Source: Eukaryota sp. GEM-RC1 (Eukaryota). Taken from it: 26,658 nucleotides of DNA. The number at the start of each line of letters is the position of its first letter. The stretch's first letter is position 1. This document shows, piece after piece, positions 23,018-26,658 of this stretch. The translations under genes were made by a program, and so were the position numbers. The notes under the pieces are model-generated. The model saw only the letters and a program-made list of their open reading frames with translations, searched no databases and was not told where the DNA came from. Where the stretch lies: the NCBI GenBank assembly GCA_040285855.1, contig JAUFOQ010000011.1:186001-212658 (forward strand), given 5' to 3'.

Positions 23018-25635
23018 TTGTAACTATGATACAATGTTGATACATACTAACAATATTGAGAAGTTGAGTCTGACCAATTATCTTGTATATGTGTGACACA
23101 GTATTACACTTTTATCAATATGTTATACACTAGTATGTGGTGTTGTCAATGTTGTGTGATTCAAAATTTGTCTAGTTTCAAACATTATTATTAAGATGTA
23201 TGTCTCACAAGTGTGGTGTAGTGATTTGGTATAGTAGTACAGATGTTTTGTCATTAACATTTGTGATTTTGCATAGATTTATAAAACTATTGGTACAAGA
23301 CATTGCTAAATATTTGACATTATTTAAAATTTGTCAAACTCAAGTAACACTGTTTTATTCGATTTGATGTGAATATGAGTACTGTAAGTGGTGATTATGT
23401 ATAGTGTATAGTATGTGTCATGTATCAGTGTGTGACTTGTACTTACATGTATAAGTCTATTTGATATTGGTGTACTATTTATGTAATTGTGATTAAGACT
23501 GTGATTATCAGATAGATTTAAGTCCATCAGTTACATTTGATTAACTCTTTGTCATTTGATTTAGTACTATACTATGTATGTATGTAGTACTATGGTACAT
23601 GTTTAGCTCTATGTGGATCTCATCTACATCACTATCATTATGATTGTGAATGTGGTGAAGGTATGTTGTGAATCACTCTAATCAATTTTGATTGGTTTAG
23701 TGATTGTCACTGTGATTAGCTATTACTAGTATTACTAGTAAATCTACACACCAATGACTACTATAGTACACTATGACTGTTAGTGTTGGAGATGTACATG
23801 ACAATTGATCTGATTTTATGAAACTCCAATTACTACAATTGATGATTGTCTAGTTGATTACAACCACTATACCAACTAATCTACGACTCCCATGTTCCAA
23901 TCAAAATTGATCGAAAAATGTTTTCACTTGGTATGCTGAAACTGCCTAAAATCAGCTCAAAATGACCCTCAATCCGTCTCTCTACGTGATTTTTGAAAAG
24001 TGATTTTGATTGGTATACCAGATCTACTGAGGATCACCTCAAAGTGACTGTCAATCAACGAATTTACATGATTTTCATTAACAATCAGATTTTGACTCCC
24101 ATGTAACTCCTGGCCAATCGCACTTCAACACTTCTAAATGCTTGTACACGTCATGTACTGGGCCCTAGTACCTATGTAGTACTCCAAGTTCCCAAAAAGG
24201 CTCTAAAAATGACCATTTGAAGGTGGGTATTACGTTTACAAAATTGTCTCCAACTCGAGCCGCCAAGTACATCACGCGGCTCCTGAGTTACAATTTTGTA
24301 AACGCAATCCAGACTAGTCTAGACACCATCGTACTAGGGACTTAGTGTAGTACTCAAGACCTCTGTTACGACGTCAAAGGTACTTCATCTGAGTTCCCCA
24401 CAAACCCCTAATCCATGATGATCCCAATTTACATTTGTCACAAGAAGAAACTTTCTTTAAAAAGTTTAAACATTTCCCCAGTAGGAGGCTCTGAGGCCAG
24501 GTACTAAAAGGGCGACTACTCCTCTATCACCAATGCAGTGCACCTACCATCCAAAGGCACAGGGCCCTCAAACAATAAACACAACAACACAGCGAACGAA
24601 GATGTCTAGCGGAATTGTCTAAGATCCATTGGTTACCCAACATCTCTCAGACTATCCTCGTGCAACCAGTTTTATGGCGTAGAAACACGGCAGATCGATA
24701 AATCAATCTACAACTAACCCTATTACAGTCCCAGTACCATGCAGGACTTACTTAAAAAATAGTCAATGACTTTCACTTAGTATCATTGACTTTGGTAGCA
24801 TACAGTTGGTCGGTTACTGTTTGTAGTGTATACACAACATGTCTGTGCTTGTACCACTTTATTCTTCCCATCAAATCCATCACCAATTTCAGCACCTTAG
24901 TGCTACTGTGGTGTTGTCTTTATGGGTAAAGTAGTCGTTGACTTGTCGATATAAAAATAATAAAGACTCGTCCTTTGACAATGTACTGCTACTACCGACA
25001 GTCAATGTCAATTAAACTCAAAAATCTTAGTCGTTTTTACGAAATTTATAGTTTTCACTATTGTTTCCTACTAAGTGTATTCGAGGTGTGGTACTGTCGT
25101 TTGATCCACGGCACATACATGAACCATCAAGTACCATGGTTGAGACATGCACTAGTCACTTGGACGTGCATTTGGACTGTCAGTATTAGATACCAACAGT
25201 CTTGGCTTATAGATATGATTCCAAAACAGAACCACTACAAACCTTAAGAGTATTAAGACTCTAGTTACTACACAGTCTCTACTCTTTGGTGTGTTATCAT
25301 TGGTCTTAGTCAATGATACTTCAACCTAGTCATTACAACCAAGGTCTAACCATCATTTATGCAACCAGACCTAAACACACATGCATCTTATATCATCTTA
25401 GCATTTTGAATAACCAAGAATGACAAAGACACATAGTCTCAACCATCTCAACCATTAGCTACTTAGATACATACATACTTATATACAATCTTGAGCAACT
25501 ATGATCGGACTCAACTATGACTAACTCATTGTATGTTCACCACACAACGAATCAGCCAACTCTTGTTGAGTTAGCATTGAACCCCTTCCTAGTGGTCCAA
25601 TTAAAGAGAGAAGACATGTTTAACCACGTCTTCTC
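23018..25635. other. Partial IGS (copy 3), lacking the 5S gene and the promoter-side half
   Basis: Matches 4862-7471 and 16425-19061. Begins ttgtaactatgatacaatg directly after element sequence. Confidence 0.93.
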
Positions 25636-26027
25636 AGAACTAGGAACATCAGATGAGCCTCAGTAACTCGTGTCAATACAACACTTGTACGTACAGCACT
25701 GCGTTCCATATCTGAGTCGTCTACTCAGGTTCCACGCACCAACAAGTCTTCATAGTTTCAATGATCAATGACTAGTCTTCGACCAATCACCAATCTCACT
25801 AGTGTGATATTGGGGCGATGCAAGCACCACCCTAATCTTTTTCGATTAGTTCTGCTGGACAATATGTGGATCTTTCTAGGCTGGATACTAACTTAGAGGC
25901 GTTCAGTTATAATCCAACATACGTAGCTTCGCAGCAATGCCTTTTCAGACAACCATAAACCAACTGTATGATGCAAGGTTCCTCTCGTACTGACTTGCAT
26001 TACTATTAGATCCACTAACAATCAGTA
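25636..26027 (-). pseudogene. 28S rRNA 3' fragment downstream of the second element copy
   Basis: Matches 7472-7869, with the same breakpoint caatcagta|tttat. Confidence 0.93.
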
Positions 26028-26658
26028 TTTATAAACGGTATAATTAAACCTAAAGTAAATAAAACTATTTGAAACATTTAACTAAATTTGAAATAACACA
26101 GTCAAGCTGGTTAATTAAAATATACAATTGAATTCAGTAAAACATTTTTCAAATAAAACGTTTGGATAATAACTGGTCCGTTAACCCAGTTGATTATCAG
26201 TGACGATGTTCTTATAAGCCAAGTAGTTCCTAATGGAATCTTTGACAACTGTACAATGAAGTTCAGCTGTCTTGGCTTCCAACTTAAATGTTTTTAAAAA
26301 TTTTAAAAATTCTGGTGAAAATCCACCAGACGTGAAACAAATAAGTGGTTGAACATTTTCAAATAAATGTTGATACTTCTCAATTTTGCTCTTTTCAGCA
26401 TTTCTAACACAAATTGAGAGTTCTTTGTAGGAACCACCCACAATTCTTAAATCATAAGCAGTATTACCACTTACAATATCAGGTCTAAGATTATTACCTT
26501 CAACCTTGGCTTCAACATTTAAATTTGAATTTTGGGCTATGATTTTAAGTACTTCATCATGCCTCTGATTCTTAGTTTGTTTGTATTACTACAATTAAAG
26601 GCATGAAAGGTCCTAGAACCCTCTCCTTACAAACCAAGCAACGTCCTCTGTTGTCAGC
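26028..26658 (-). mobile_element. Second copy (B) of the retrotransposon, 3' end only (runs off the window)
   Basis: Aligns to 19460-20090 with an identical 28S junction. Confidence 0.93.
26181..26658 (-). CDS. C-terminal CCHC/RLE part of the copy B polyprotein (partial, with indels)
   Basis: RHDEV, LRPDI, AEKSKIEKY ... TDNQLG, then TAA at 26181-26183. Confidence 0.85.

Noticed and set aside
23018..23034. Apparent start codon of ORF 22675-23034
   Set aside because: It is a TTG inside IGS sequence beyond the junction, not an element start.

Overview
Eukaryotic nuclear rDNA tandem array, transcribed on the minus strand, from a divergent AT-rich host that I cannot name from the sequence. The repeat unit is about 11.55 kb: 18S, short ITS1, 5.8S, short ITS2, 28S, and an IGS of about 6 kb that contains a co-oriented 5S gene. 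The left 19.4 kb holds about 1.7 normal units. On the right, two consecutive 28S copies are interrupted at the same nucleotide (TTTTACCC^TACTGAT, about 700 bp downstream of the canonical R2 site) by a non-LTR retrotransposon with zinc fingers, RT and a restriction-like endonuclease, whose RT motifs look CRE-like. The fully visible copy (3.56 kb) is joined at its 5' end to the IGS rather than to upstream 28S. This gives a derived unit of about 6.6 kb (element + 28S tail + partial IGS) with no 18S, 5.8S or 5S. The sequence has many single-base indels typical of under-polished long reads, so frameshifts and copy-to-copy differences need read-level confirmation. Gene ends are estimated by eye to within a few nucleotides.
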